Positions 1-11,889 of a DNA stretch of 64,000 nt are shown here, in pieces. Source of the DNA: Callorhinchus milii (Eukaryota); the NCBI RefSeq assembly GCF_018977255.1, contig NW_024704743.1, positions 65,040,001 through 65,104,000 of the forward strand. Reading direction: 5' to 3'. Both the position numbers and the translations under genes were made by a program. The notes beneath the pieces were generated by a model. That model was not told the DNA's origin and did not search any database. It saw nothing but the letters and a program-made list of their open reading frames with translations. The first letter of the stretch is position 1; the number at the start of each line of letters is the position of its first letter.

Positions 1-185
1 GCGCTTCACAGAATATACTGTAAAGTGAATTGACTGTATATTTTGTGGGCAAAATGCAGCAGCTAATTACACACAGTGGTGTCCCACAAATAGTCGTGAT
101 TGAAGTTAAAAAACATTTTGAAGGAATTATTACCCCCGGAAAAGCAATCTGCCAATCGACTAACATCGGTTCCTGAGCCAGGCAG
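1..185 (-). mobile_element. SINE family A fragment (tail cut by the window edge)
   Basis: Matches the recurring SINE body gcgcttcacagaatatactgtaaagtgaattgactg...gtcccacaaa seen at 2283, 49232 and 54309. Confidence 0.8.
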
Positions 186-295
186 GTCTCTGGGCACTCC
201 AAAGCATGAATAATGAGGCATGGATAATGACAAACCAGCCAGCCTGCTTCACTAGAAGCACTTGGTGGGCAGACCAGTCACTGGACCAGGGATTC

Positions 296-1935
296 AACAA
301 CAACAAATTACATTTGTATAATGCCCTTCACATCAGGAGGACGTCCCAAGGAGCTGGACAGTTAGGGATTTGGACCCAAGCAGGGGGTTGGGGCAGGATA
401 GATGGAGGGCAGGGAGGGTCACCAAATTGAAAGCTAGACAAAGGGACTGTTGGATGGTGTTCCAAAGGGTGGAGGCAGAGAGGCTGAAGGCCTGGTAGCC
501 AATGTTGGAGCAAGCTGGTCGGTGCACATGGAGCAGGTAAGGGACATTAATCCTGCAAGCGTGCTGAGCAGAGGGATTGGACAGGTTGATATGGGTTTAG
601 CAGGTCACAGATATAGGAAGGAGCAAGGCCAAGAAGGGCTTTGAAGGCGAGGACCAGGATTTTGATCTCCATCCTCTGGGGGTGGGGAGACAGTGGAGCT
701 GGGCAAGGGTGGGGGTGATAGGGTCATGGAGCCTGGTGCAGGAGAGGACAGGAAAGAGAGTTCTGGATGATCTGCAGCTTGTGGAGGGAAGAGTTGGGGA
801 GCCCGACAAAGCAGGGAGTTGGCGTAGTCGAGCCTAGATGTGATGAATACGTGGATGAGATTTTCAGGGTCCTGAGGCAAGTGGTGGAGCTGGGCGATGT
901 TAAGGTGGTGGGGAAAGGCAGAACAGATCATAGCACAGATGTGGGGTACAAAGGACAGTTGAGGGTCAAACAAGATGCCATGGTTCTGGACTGGCTCAGT
1001 GAGTTGGAGTGTGCATCCATGCCTGAGTTGTGGAGGTGCTGACAGGAGCCAATCAAGAGGGCCTTGGTCCTTTTGATGTTCAACCGTAGAAAGTTAGCTC
1101 TCATCCATCTTGATGTCTAACAGACAATCTGTCAGGACAGCAGTGATCCTGGAGTCTAGGGTGGAAAGAGATACAGACAGTTGGGTGTTCTTCGGCGTAC
1201 ATGTGGAAGTTGACCGCATGTCTATGGATGATGTCACCAAGAGGATATTATGAAGAGGAGGGGACCAAGGACAGAGCCCTGAGGAACTCCACACGAGACA
1301 GTGTGGGGGCTAGAGGAAAAGCAGTTTGTGGAGACTGTGTGAGAGGTAGTATCTGAACCAGTCAAGGACAGAATCATGAAGATTAAGGTGAGAGGAGGTA
1401 GAGGAGGATAGAGTTGTCAACAGTGTCAGAGGCAGCAGAAAGTCAAGGAGGACGAGGAGACAAAGGGAGCCCTTTTCACAGATGGACAAAATGTTGTTTG
1501 TCAGCAAGGCTGTTTCTATACTGTGGGCAGCGCGGAAACCCGATTGGTGGGGTTCGTAGAGGGAGTAGTGGGAGGGGAAGGAGAAAAGCTGGGAAGCAAC
1601 GACTCATTCCAGGAACATGGAAAGGGAGTTTGGAGATGGGGTGCTAATTGGAGAGCAGGGATGGGTCCTGGGAAGGCTTTTTGAGGATTGAGGTGATGAA
1701 GGCAGCTTTTAAGGAGGTTGGAATGGTTTTGGTGGACAAGGAGAGGCTGATGATGTCTATGAATAGAGGGGCAAGGAGGTGGAGTTGGGAGGTAAGGAGA
1801 GGGATAGGGATGGGTTGAGATTGAGCAGTTGGGTCATAATGGTGGTGAGAGAGGACGGGGGGGCAAGTTCGAAGGTGTGGAGGAAGGGATGGGTAGGGCC
1901 AGAGTGTGAGGGGGAGATGGGGAGGGAGTAGCATC
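296..1935 (-). mobile_element. L2-clade LINE, 5'-truncated, degenerate RT and 3' tail
   Basis: Minus-strand ORF pieces ([32 protein letters not shown]) are typical L2 ORF2 motifs. The 3' end is ...atacaaatgtaatttgttgttgttg (caacaacaac at 296-306). Confidence 0.85.
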
Positions 1936-2288
1936 TCACTCAGCTCCTGTTAATCCTGCAAGCCACACCTCCAACAGGTATGCTAGATGAATAGTGGGAA
2001 GCTTGCCAGAAACTGCTCTCAATGCAAAGCTATGTTCTTTCAGCTGGTTGAACTCCAGCATTACTCCAATACACATTCTGGGGTCCCCAAACCTTGGCTC
2101 TTGCCAACATACGCAAAATAATTAGGTAAGCAGGGTGTGAACCTCCAGGGAGAGTGCACACTCCATTCCAATCACAGTAATTTTCTTGCATTGGTGGCAT
2201 ACATATGTGGAACTCTCAGTCTGGTTTAGATACTCTTAAGCACGATGATGAGTTTTGGCATGTGTCAACACCCGACTGACCAAATAAT
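1936..2288 (+). mobile_element. 3' fragment of unassigned non-LTR family ('LINE-X')
   Basis: Shares ggaagcttgccaga.a.tgctctcaatg and tctggttt..atactctt blocks with 8330-8445, 40430-40715 and, inverted, 41128-41500. Confidence 0.6.
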
Positions 2289-2575
2289 AATACTTGCATT
2301 TGATACAGCACCTTATTACATCTTCGAGACGTCTCAAAGCATGTCACAGAATATACTGTGAAGTGAATTGACTGTATTTTTGTGGGTGAATCACAACAGC
2401 CAATTGCACACACCAATATTCCACAAACCGTCATGGATTGAGTGACCAAATTACTATTTTTTTTATTTCTTGAAGGGATTATTACTCCCGGAAAAGTGAA
2501 GTGACAATTGACGAACAACCAGGTTCCTACTTGCTGCCAGGTAAACAGAGACATGTGGAGTAAGGAGAAAAGGCC
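2283..2575 (-). mobile_element. SINE family A, 5'-truncated
   Basis: (TTA)n tail plus family A body up to the CORE-like segment. Confidence 0.8.
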
Positions 2576-3180
2576 AATTAGTCAAGGAAGCTCGTTGCAT
2601 TAAAATATGTGGTTATTTGCGTCGTTTCTCCAGTGCAATGCTGTGCAATGCGTAGAAAACACTAAACCTTCAGCTGCTTTTTTTCTCTGACTTAGAATGA
2701 TGAATTCTACCCACTGTTAGCATGACACCTGGCATGGTTTGTTTGATGGTAGTTTTTCAGACTTTGCCAATTTTCAGGATTTACAATTAGCCAACTGGCA
2801 GAACTTGCAAATCAAATGGCTTCTAATTAAATAATCCATGCATTTCATACAGCGCCTTTCACATCAGGACGTCTCTAAGCGCTTTGCGGGATAACTGTAA
2901 TGTGTCATGACTGTGTAAATTGTAGGCAAACATGACGATGAGTTGTAACAAGAACAACAACATTACCCCCATCCTCTTGAACTTCCAATTACAAATAACT
3001 GATGCATAATCATCAGAACCCCTCTCTCCCTGCTGCAGTCCAACCGTTTGTTGCTATGATGATGTTATGTAAATCATTGTATTGTTTATGTTGACCTACT
3101 TTACTTGTTAATTCTGTATTTTTACATTTTTAAAAAACTTTTAACAAAAAGCTAAGATTCAGTTCTTATACAATACATAC

Positions 3181-3432
3181 CTTTCTTAAGCGTGCTGCAC
3201 CAGTGCCCGAACGAATAGCATCCAGTAAGGCAGATCTCGCCTGCTCTGGATTGGCATTAGGTTTTGTAGTAACCTTTTGAGTTTTTGGAATCGCCTGAGG
3301 AGGAGGTGGTGGTGGTGGTAGAAGAGTTGAAGGCGAGTTTTCTGGTTTGTGAGTCTCAGAAAACTCTCTGGGCAGCGTTGAAGACTCTGCAGCTCTTGTC
3401 TTGACCAGCTCTTCGGATGTTACACCAGACGT
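3181..3432 (-). CDS. COBL: Cordon-bleu exon with polyproline linker and third WH2 domain (TSGVTSEEL...PPPPPPP...[20 protein letters not shown])
   Basis: 252 nt, phase 0/0, acceptor attgacag and donor GTATGT. Translation matches the vertebrate COBL C-terminus [20 protein letters not shown]. Missing from the ORF track. Confidence 0.95.
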
Positions 3433-3721
3433 CTGTCAATGATAATTTGTAATTCTCATGTTAATAACTTGCATCAGCCCAATTATCTTCAAATCAATAA
3501 CAACTTACATTTATATAGCATCCTTCACGTGGGGTGTCATCTTGGAACGTTTAACCATGCCAGCCAGAGAGAGAAGACATGGTGGAACAGGAAGGTTTTC
3601 AGTCAGAATACCAGGCACAACAGTGAATCTATTGAGTCTTTCAAAATACCTTGTACTCCATAGAAGATGAAAGTTTGGTTATTTAATAGTAATATAACTT
3701 GCAATTGATGCAGGACCTATA

Positions 3722-5653
3722 ATAGCCAAAATAAACTGGGAAATTAGACTTAAGGATTTGACGGTAGACCAGCAATGGCAGACGTTTAAGGAGATAGTGC
3801 AAAAGCACGTATTCCTTTGAGGAATAAGAATGCCACGGGAAAGGTGGCCCAACCGTGGCTAAAGGAGCAGTTAGGGAAAGTATAAAATTAAAGGAAGAAG
3901 TCTATAAAACAGCTAGGATGAGTAGTAAACCCGAGGATTGGGATCAACAAAGGAGAACCCAAAAAGTGATTAAGAGGGAAAAAATGGAATATGAGGGCAA
4001 ACTAGCGAAGAACATAAAGACAGACTGCAAGAGTTTTTATAAATATAAAAAAAAGAAGAGGCTGTCAAAGGTAAATGTGGGTTCGCTACAGGCAGCGACG
4101 GGGGGAATTATAATAGAGGACAAAGACATGGCAGAGTCATCAAACAAGTACTTTGCTGCTGTCTTCACCTTAGAAGACACTGAAAACCTACCAAGAATAG
4201 AGGGGAACCAAGAAGAAAATGTTAGTGAGCAACTTGGAGGAATTAATATTAGTAAAGAAATGGTTTTAGGTAAATTATCAGGTCTTAAAACTGATAAATC
4301 TCCTGGACCTGATGGCCTACATCCTCGGGTTTTAAAAGAGGTGGCTACTGAGATAGTGGATGGCTTGTCTTTGATCTTCCAAAATTCTCTGGATTCCGGA
4401 ACGGTTCCCATTGATTGGAAGATTGCAAACGTGACACCACTATTTAAGAAGGGTGGGAGAGAAAAGATGGGGAACTATAGACCAGTTAGTCTGACATCAG
4501 TGGAAGGGAAAATTCTTGAGTCCTTAATTAAAGATGTCGTTATGAGATTCCTGGAAGACCATAACAAGATTAGGCAGAGTCAACATGGCTTTACAAAAGG
4601 GAAGTCATGCTTAACTAATCTTTTAGAGTTTTTTGAAGATGTATCTAGCAGGTTAGATAGGGGGGAACCTGGAGATGTAGTATATTTAGATTTTAAAAAG
4701 GCATTTGACAAAGTGCCACACAAAAGGCTATTGGACAAGGTTAAGGCCCACGGGATTAATGGGAACATATTAGCATGGATTGAAGAGTGGCTAACGGGTA
4801 GAAAACAGAGAGTAGGGATAAACGGGTCATTCTCGAATTGGTAGGATGTGACTAGTGGAGTGCCACAAGGATCAGTGCTTGGGCCTCAGCTATTTACATC
4901 AATGATCTAGACGAGGACATTGAGTGTAACGTATCTAAATTCGCGGATGACACTAAACTAGGTGGGAAAGTAAGCTCTGAGGATGATGCAAAAAGATTGC
5001 AACGGGATATAGATAGGCCTGGGGAGTGGGCGAGTAGGTGGTAGATGGAATTTAATGTGGGGAAGTGTGAAGTTATTCACCTTGGTAGAAAAAATAGAAA
5101 AACAGATTATTTTCTAGAGGGGGAGAGATTAGATGGTGTTAGTGTTCAGAGGGATTTGGGTGTCCCTGTACACCAGTCTCAAAAAGTTAGTTTGCAGGTG
5201 CAGCAAGCAACTAAGAAGGCGAACGGCATGTTATTCTCTGGAGTACAGAAGAATTAGGGGAGATCTTATTGAAACATATAAGCTTCCTAAAGGGCTGGAT
5301 AAAGTAGACACTGAGGGTCTGTTTCCCCTGGTAGGAGAATCTATAACCAGGGGTCACAGTCTTAAAATTAAGGGTCAGCCTTTTAGAACAGAGTTGAGGA
5401 AACATTTCTTCACTCAGAGGGTAGTGAATTTATGGAATTCACTACCCCAGAAGGCTGTAGATGCTCAGTCCTTGAACATCTTCAAGGCTGAGACTGATAG
5501 ATTTTTAAAAAATAGAAGGATTAGGGGATATTGGGATAGGGCAGGTAATTAGAGTTAGGTCTGAAGATCAGCCATGATCTTATCGAATGGCGGGGCAGGC
5601 TCGAGGGGCCGAATGGCCTACTCCTGCTCCTAATTCTTATGTTCTTATGTTCT
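3722..5653 (+). mobile_element. CR1-clade LINE, 5'-truncated, RT domain and 3' UTR
   Basis: ORF 3855-4844 contains KSPGPDGLHPRVLKE, NYRPVSLTS, QHGF and VYLDFKKAFDKVPH. GVPQGSVLGP and KFADDTK follow (about 4856-4957). Ends in ttcttatgttcttatgttct. Carries stops and deletions. Confidence 0.95.
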
Positions 5654-5844
5654 AATAAATGAAAATGGAAATACAAGAATTTTATTATTAATGTCTCAAG
5701 GCACTTTACAAAGTTTAACAAAGATTAAATGGAAAGTCAGTTTCTGATGTGCTAATAACAAAAAACATTTGGCCATTGTCTCTATCCAAGATGCATGAAA
5801 ACAAATAGATTTTTTAACATTTCATTGAAACAATTTTTCAGCAG

Positions 5845-6160
5845 CTAACTTACGCCAGCAATGTCCCACGAACAGCCGTGACGTGAATGACTAATTTTAT
5901 CTGGGGGATTATTATCAGGGTACCAGAGGAAAGTCCCTTCTCTTTTCATATAGTTCCATGGGATCTTTATTATCCACCTGTTGAGGCAGATGGGGCCTTG
6001 GTTTAATGTCTCAACCGAAGGGTGGTACAACCAGCATTGCAACATAACCCCGGCACTGCATTGGAACGTCAGTCTAGATAATGTGAGACTCAATGTGGGA
6101 TTTGAACCCACAACCTTTTGACTTATAGGCGAAAGAACTGCAAACTGAGACAGGTTGACA
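5845..6160 (-). mobile_element. SINE family B (Deu-domain, SacSINE1-like)
   Basis: Minus strand has a tRNA-like head (ggttgtgggttcaaatccca) and a Deu-like core gagacattaaaccaaggcccc...taaagatcccatgg. Confidence 0.7.
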
Positions 6161-6164
6161 CAGA

Positions 6165-6760
6165 TAAAGATAAGGGTAAGAGGAAGCGTTGGAGGGAGCT
6201 CCAGAGATTAGGGGCATAGAATTTGAAGACTTGGCCAATGATAGTGGTGCAGAAGGGGGTGGGGGACATGCATCAGGCCTGATTTAAGAGAAGATCAGAG
6301 AGAGAGGAGACACTAGGGCATAACAGCCTCCATAGGAGAGGATAATAACTTTGAAATTGATCTGCTAGGAGACAAGGAGCCGATAGGCACTGGTGAGGAA
6401 TAAATGATATGTGTGTGGAGTTTTGTGCAGGTGAGGATGCAGGTAGTAGAGCTTTAGTTAAGTTGGAGCTTAGGAATGGTGGAGCTAGTGAGACCAGCGA
6501 GAAGTCTCAGTGGGAGGTACCAAAGGCATGAATAAGGGTTTTGTGATACAGGTGAAGAAAAGCAGCCTTTGTCAAGGACCAGATGTGAGAGAGAGAGGCG
6601 AGCAGAGGATTGAACTGGACTGGTTTAGTGAGTTTGAGAAAGAAGTCGTCGAGGTTGAGGAGGTCAGAGCCAGAAATGAGAAGATGTTGGCAGGAACCAA
6701 GGAGGATGGTATCCGTATTATCCATATTGAGTTGCAAGAAACTAGGAAGTCGTGAGGTTT
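6165..6760 (-). mobile_element. L2 LINE fragment, degenerate
   Basis: FLQLNMDNT, AAFLHL and LIHAFGTS motifs in ORF 6507-6836. Confidence 0.7.
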
Positions 6761-7299
6761 GATAAATAAAATGAAACCTTTGTGGTTTATTGCAGGTTGT
6801 AAAGAATGGCATTTTGCCAACCAATGTTGGAGACATTTACTAGGCTCAAGAGTCATAAAGTATAGGGGAGGTGCAGGAGGCATGAGCACCAAATAATATG
6901 TGATGAAACAAGAGTGAATATATAATATTTTAGCCAAAATTTACAAGAAATAGTTATAAACTAGCAAGAATAATACAAATGATATTCCTATCTAATGGAG
7001 AAACGTTTCACAAGAATTATGAAAGGTGTGTGACACTCAAGCTTACTTCAAATGCTGCTTGCTTAGTTCAGCCTTTAACACCCTTGCTCTAACAATAAGC
7101 CCCCCCCCCCAAGCTACAGTCGGCACACTGAGTTCAGCATTTATCTGATTACAATGTGAACTGTAATCCAGCAATAAAACATAATGTTGTGTAGCACAGC
7201 CTCACACCCTGGTGTGATGATCTGGCACATATTCTCAAGACTGCATTTGAGCATAAATAATCAACAAATTCACCACCTATTATCCGCTAGCAATTTAGA

Positions 7300-8450
7300 A
7301 AAGACTTTAGTCAGTCTCAAGCTATCCACAAAGTTATTTAAGCATTGCGTAATTTTTTTTCAATAGTTTTGAGATGAGAAATCAATATTAGGAAGGAACA
7401 GGCTGGCTTCCATTCTCATGAGGAATATGTGGGACAGGTTGTGACTTTGTATAATATCTCAGAATGTCGTAAGATTAAGGGGAAACCCATTTCTTTGTGT
7501 TCATCACTTTGGACCTGTTCATCACTTTGGACCTAGTGCCTCACAAAGCCCTCATCATGAGACTGGAAGCCTTAGGCCTACATGGCCAAATCTTAGATTT
7601 TATCCAGAATGTGTATTCTATTCCAGCTCCAAGATCTGTGTAAGAGTCGATTGCGTCTTGAAAGGAGGGTAAAGCGAGGCTGCTCATTGTCACCCACCCT
7701 ATTTGATGTATTCATCAATGATTTGTTGGATAGCATTGAAGGGGGGAGGGGTGGGAACTTGGTGTATCTGTTCCAATCCTCTATGACAGGATTGCAGCGC
7801 TTCCGTTTGCAGATGATATTGTGCTGGTGGAGGACTCACCTGGGGACCTTTTGCATTGCACCCACCATCTTGAACACTGGGCCATGATAGTGGGTGCCTC
7901 CAAGTGCAGAATCATGGTTCTGCATGCCTCAAGGGAAAACATCAACAGTATTGATTGGAAGATAAAGGAGCATCAGTTCAAATTGTTTAATTCTAATTGA
8001 TACCTGGAGTTTTTGGTGGACATCAGCTTCGGCATGTACACTGCCCTGAAGGACCACGCAAAGGGGCGAAGGGCACTCTTGTCATACTCGCCTCTCTTCA
8101 AGGACAGTAAGGTCCCAATGCAGGTCAATGTCCCAATGTCAAGTATGTGGCATCAAGACCTACGTACAAACAGCTCTCCTTTATGGATCTGAGCTACTGG
8201 GGATGAATTGGAGGGGTTTCTTCTGGCCCACTTGCAAAATCCAGGATCAAGCAGCAAGGTGGATTTGTGGCAAACGCAGGAAGTGGCTGCAGAGAGGGAG
8301 AGCTCTGGCCAACACTGACCTGTCATCGGCCAGTGTACATCTTTGGAATATCCATGTGTAGATGGGGTGCATGGAACTCTGGTTTGGATACTCTTAATTA
8401 TGGTGATGGGTTTCCGCATGTGTCAGTCAACTGGCTGACCAAATAAAAAG
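7300..8450 (+). mobile_element. Unassigned non-LTR retrotransposon ('LINE-X'): degenerate RT core joined to the family 3' end
   Basis: Fragments KEQAGFHSHEEYVGQVVTLY, VPHKALIMRLEALG, RVKRGCSLSPTLFDVFINDLL, PFADDIVLV, KCRIMV, VQTALLYGSELLGM and IQDQAARWICG. An 18-bp tandem duplication lies at 7498-7533. Confidence 0.85.
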
Positions 8451-8509
8451 AAACAAAGATTGAGGCTCAAACACGACAAATTCTACTAAGAAATATGGGA
8501 ATAGTGGAG

Positions 8510-8737
8510 AATAATAATAATCCTTGCATTTGATATAGCTCTTTATCACGTCTTCGAGACGTCTCAAGCACGTCACAGAATATACTGTAAAGTGAATTGA
8601 CTATATTTTTGCGTCGAAAAAAAGTATGCGACAGGTGACCGTGCAAGGGTGGGAGGAAAAAACATTTGTGGAGATGAAATGATCGGTCTCTCGCTTGCGA
8701 GGTAAGTGCTCTAACCACTGAGCCTACAGGACACCAC
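8510..8737 (-). mobile_element. SINE family A variant with substituted middle segment
   Basis: tRNA-Ala-like head and standard tail flank a different core that is shared with 15585-15762. Confidence 0.7.
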
Positions 8738-11619
8738 GTTGATGGAAGCCAAAGAGTATGGCGCTGTATCGGTGCTGTGGCCAGAGAAGCATGGAGGTAA
8801 AAGACACCGTCTCTATTTTTTAGCATTGAACTCAGGCTCATAATACGTTTTCTTTCTGGAAATTTTGCGTTAAGCTTAGCTAATTTTCCCTGTATTTTGT
8901 GCCCTTTTACGTTTTTCTGTCAGAATCTCCATCTTTTATTACCTTATCTTGAATCGTATTTTACATACATAGCAGGAAATACCAGGAAAACTAAGAAAAG
9001 TACACTAAGAACAGAAAGATTGCCCAGTTTCTGGTCGAAAAAAGGCTAGTGTCCCTTGAGAGTTGATAAATGAATAGATGAGCTATAAAGACAGAAAATG
9101 TCTGAAGATTTTCCTGGGCTGTGCTGAATCAATGGATCTCAACCAGGATACAAGAGTGGTATCCCAAGGACAGTTAAATCAGTCAGGGCATGTGTGGAAA
9201 AAAAATGAACCCAGCTAATCCCCTCCACCACATCCAGCCAAACAGCCTGTCAACACTCCTTGACAAGTCTCACATACAATAATGGGTACTAAAGTATGTG
9301 TTGATCAGTGTCTGGTGTCCCATATTCCAATAGAACAACAAAGGAGTCAAATGTCTTCAAGAGAAATGAGGACAAAATTTGGTGACTCAGAGGCCAATAC
9401 CTATTATCAGCTGGCCTACTTATAGCTATTATTATAACGCTGACCCATGGCAATCAGCTTAGTTTTTTTAGTAACTGACACTTACAATTCTTAATATAAT
9501 TTTTCCAAGTATAAGAAACACTAGTGCTAGAATTCTGTAATGAACCTGGAAATGCACAGAAGGAAAATCTGAACGATAAATATATTACTTTGTAGTTGGT
9601 GTTTCAAAATGTAATTTGTTGGCCGACCACAAAGGTTGGCTGATGCTCCAGTATGGAGATGAGCTGCACTCCTCGAGGTCCCATCTGCCTGTTCTTGTAG
9701 ATGTTTGAGACCTCCTCCCAATGTGAAAGGTTATTCACAAGTTAATTTGCAATTAAATGCAAAGGTTACATACAGGTTTAAAAGACACAAAAAGCAAATT
9801 TATAGAAGGATGAGTGATCATTCAAGTAGCACATGGTGCATAAAAAACATTATTATTTGCCTGCACTTATAACTGTTTTCTATAATATACAATTTTGTTT
9901 ATGTGTTAACATAAGTTACTAATGGTTACAACCTTCTACCCTAGGTATAAATGGTCTGACCTTATAAATAGCCTATGAATAGCTAAACTTGCACCATTGC
10001 TAAGTTCTTCGACATTTTGAGTTCTGCTAGATAAGGAAAATAAATTACTTCAAATCGGGGCCAGAAATGAAAACACCCAGTAATGCATTTACTGTGAATG
10101 ATATCATGCATGGTATCATGATCTGTCTACTGACATTCAATTAAAAAACACAAACACATTTGGACCATAGCAGTATGAGTTTATCCTGGCAAAATCACCT
10201 TTTAAATTCACACCATCAAGCCCCTTTAGTTTGTAGACAGGAGAGATCAGCATGCAGAGAGTAACAAGTTCACACCTACCAACTTCCATACATTTACCAG
10301 CCTTCAGAAAATCACCTCTGTTTGAGTCTGGATTATATCAGTTTGTTCTAGGTTCAAGAATCCCAGTTATTTCAAACTAGTTTGAATTTAGTGTGCCAAC
10401 ACATCTAAACTTTTGCAACCTCCTACCCTTGGTATATACAGCCTGACCTTATAAATAGCCCATGAATACATACGCTTGCTTGTAAACATCCCTGACATTT
10501 GACTTAACCATTCAATCCCTTTATACCTTGTATAATGTTTCTTCTACTCTCCTTTTCTCATTTATTTATTGGGCCTCCTTGCAGTAATCCTATTTAGATA
10601 CTTATTTTAATTTCTGAAAAGGTTTTTACTTCACTTAAGATTTCTTGATCATTATAATCCACTTAATATTTGAACAACATATTGAATAGGATTTCAAAGA
10701 GAACTGCATTGCAGAAGCAATCTTATTCTTCTGCAAACATTACGCAGGTGCAAGGCTGGACAGCTTGAGTGATATCTATCTTCAGAAATGTAAGAAAAGC
10801 CTTTGGTGGTCAATTACCAATTAAATATTTATTACTTTTTAACTGATTAACAAATCATAATTAAATGTGCTAACTATATTTGATAGTAATGTGGTAGAAT
10901 TTGATTTCATAAACAGATAGAAACTTACATTTTGAAAAGGTGTAATACTTTATCCTATAAAAAACTTATTCCAGTTTTGCTGATTCTACTGTTTGCACAT
11001 CTGTTCCTACTCCCTGTCATTACTCTGCCACAGTTGATCAAAGTTTTGGCAGTGATTTGTGCTTGGAAACATGATCTGTATTTCTTCAGAGCTCAAGATT
11101 CTTTCAATTCCTTCTGGTGTGGAGGAGAGGAGGATGTGTTTTGAAACCAACTATTTCTTTTTTTGGCTCAACCTACATATATCACACTACACAAATGACA
11201 CTCAGTAACGTTTTCAAAGCTCAACGTTTTTTTCTTTCTAACATACACACTGCTTTCCTTTAATGCTAGCAGTGCGACTAGCAGCAAAAATAGTTAGAGC
11301 CCCATATTTAAAGTAATTTTATTCACATTAATTTGCCAATGTTAGGTAAGATTTTAGAAAAACTGGGAATCTTGTCCATAACAAATCAAAAATAAAGGAG
11401 TTTAAAACTAAATGTGGGCTTCCCTACCATCATTCAAGAAATTGATAACAGCCATGTCAACAACAACAATTTGCACCTATACCATGCTTTCACATTGGGA
11501 GACCATCTCAAAGTGCTTTACATAACATAAAAAGAGGTTAGGATGAAGATGGTCCCTTCTGTTCATTTGATATCACACTTCCAGGAAATGCACCTAGTTT
11601 ACTGTCTTCCCATCATACA

Positions 11620-11880
11620 TCAAATCGTTTTGATGAGTTTGGCATCCTGGCCTCAACCATATTTCCTGATAATCTGTTCCAGTCATTAAATACCTTTAGG
11701 TGCCTATTCTGAAATTGCCCTTTGCAACCCCAAAGCTGTGGCCTATTGTTCTACTTACTGTCTTGGTGCATCTGAAAGTATTGTTCTGGGTTTATTTTCT
11801 CAATCTCATTTAATATCTTATATACCTCTACAAGGTCCCCACTGAGACATCTTTCTAGAATGAAGAGCTCTTGCATGTCC
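11620..11880 (-). mobile_element. Degenerate CR1 3' fragment
   Basis: taatatcttatatacctctacaaggtcccc is the reverse complement of a GDL-EVYKI-like CR1 C-terminal motif. Confidence 0.5.
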
Positions 11881-11889
11881 AATTGTTGT

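Noticed and set aside
2717..2760. Possible last COBL exon cag|GTG TCA TGC TAA
   Set aside because: No pyrimidine tract and no similarity to the known C-terminus.
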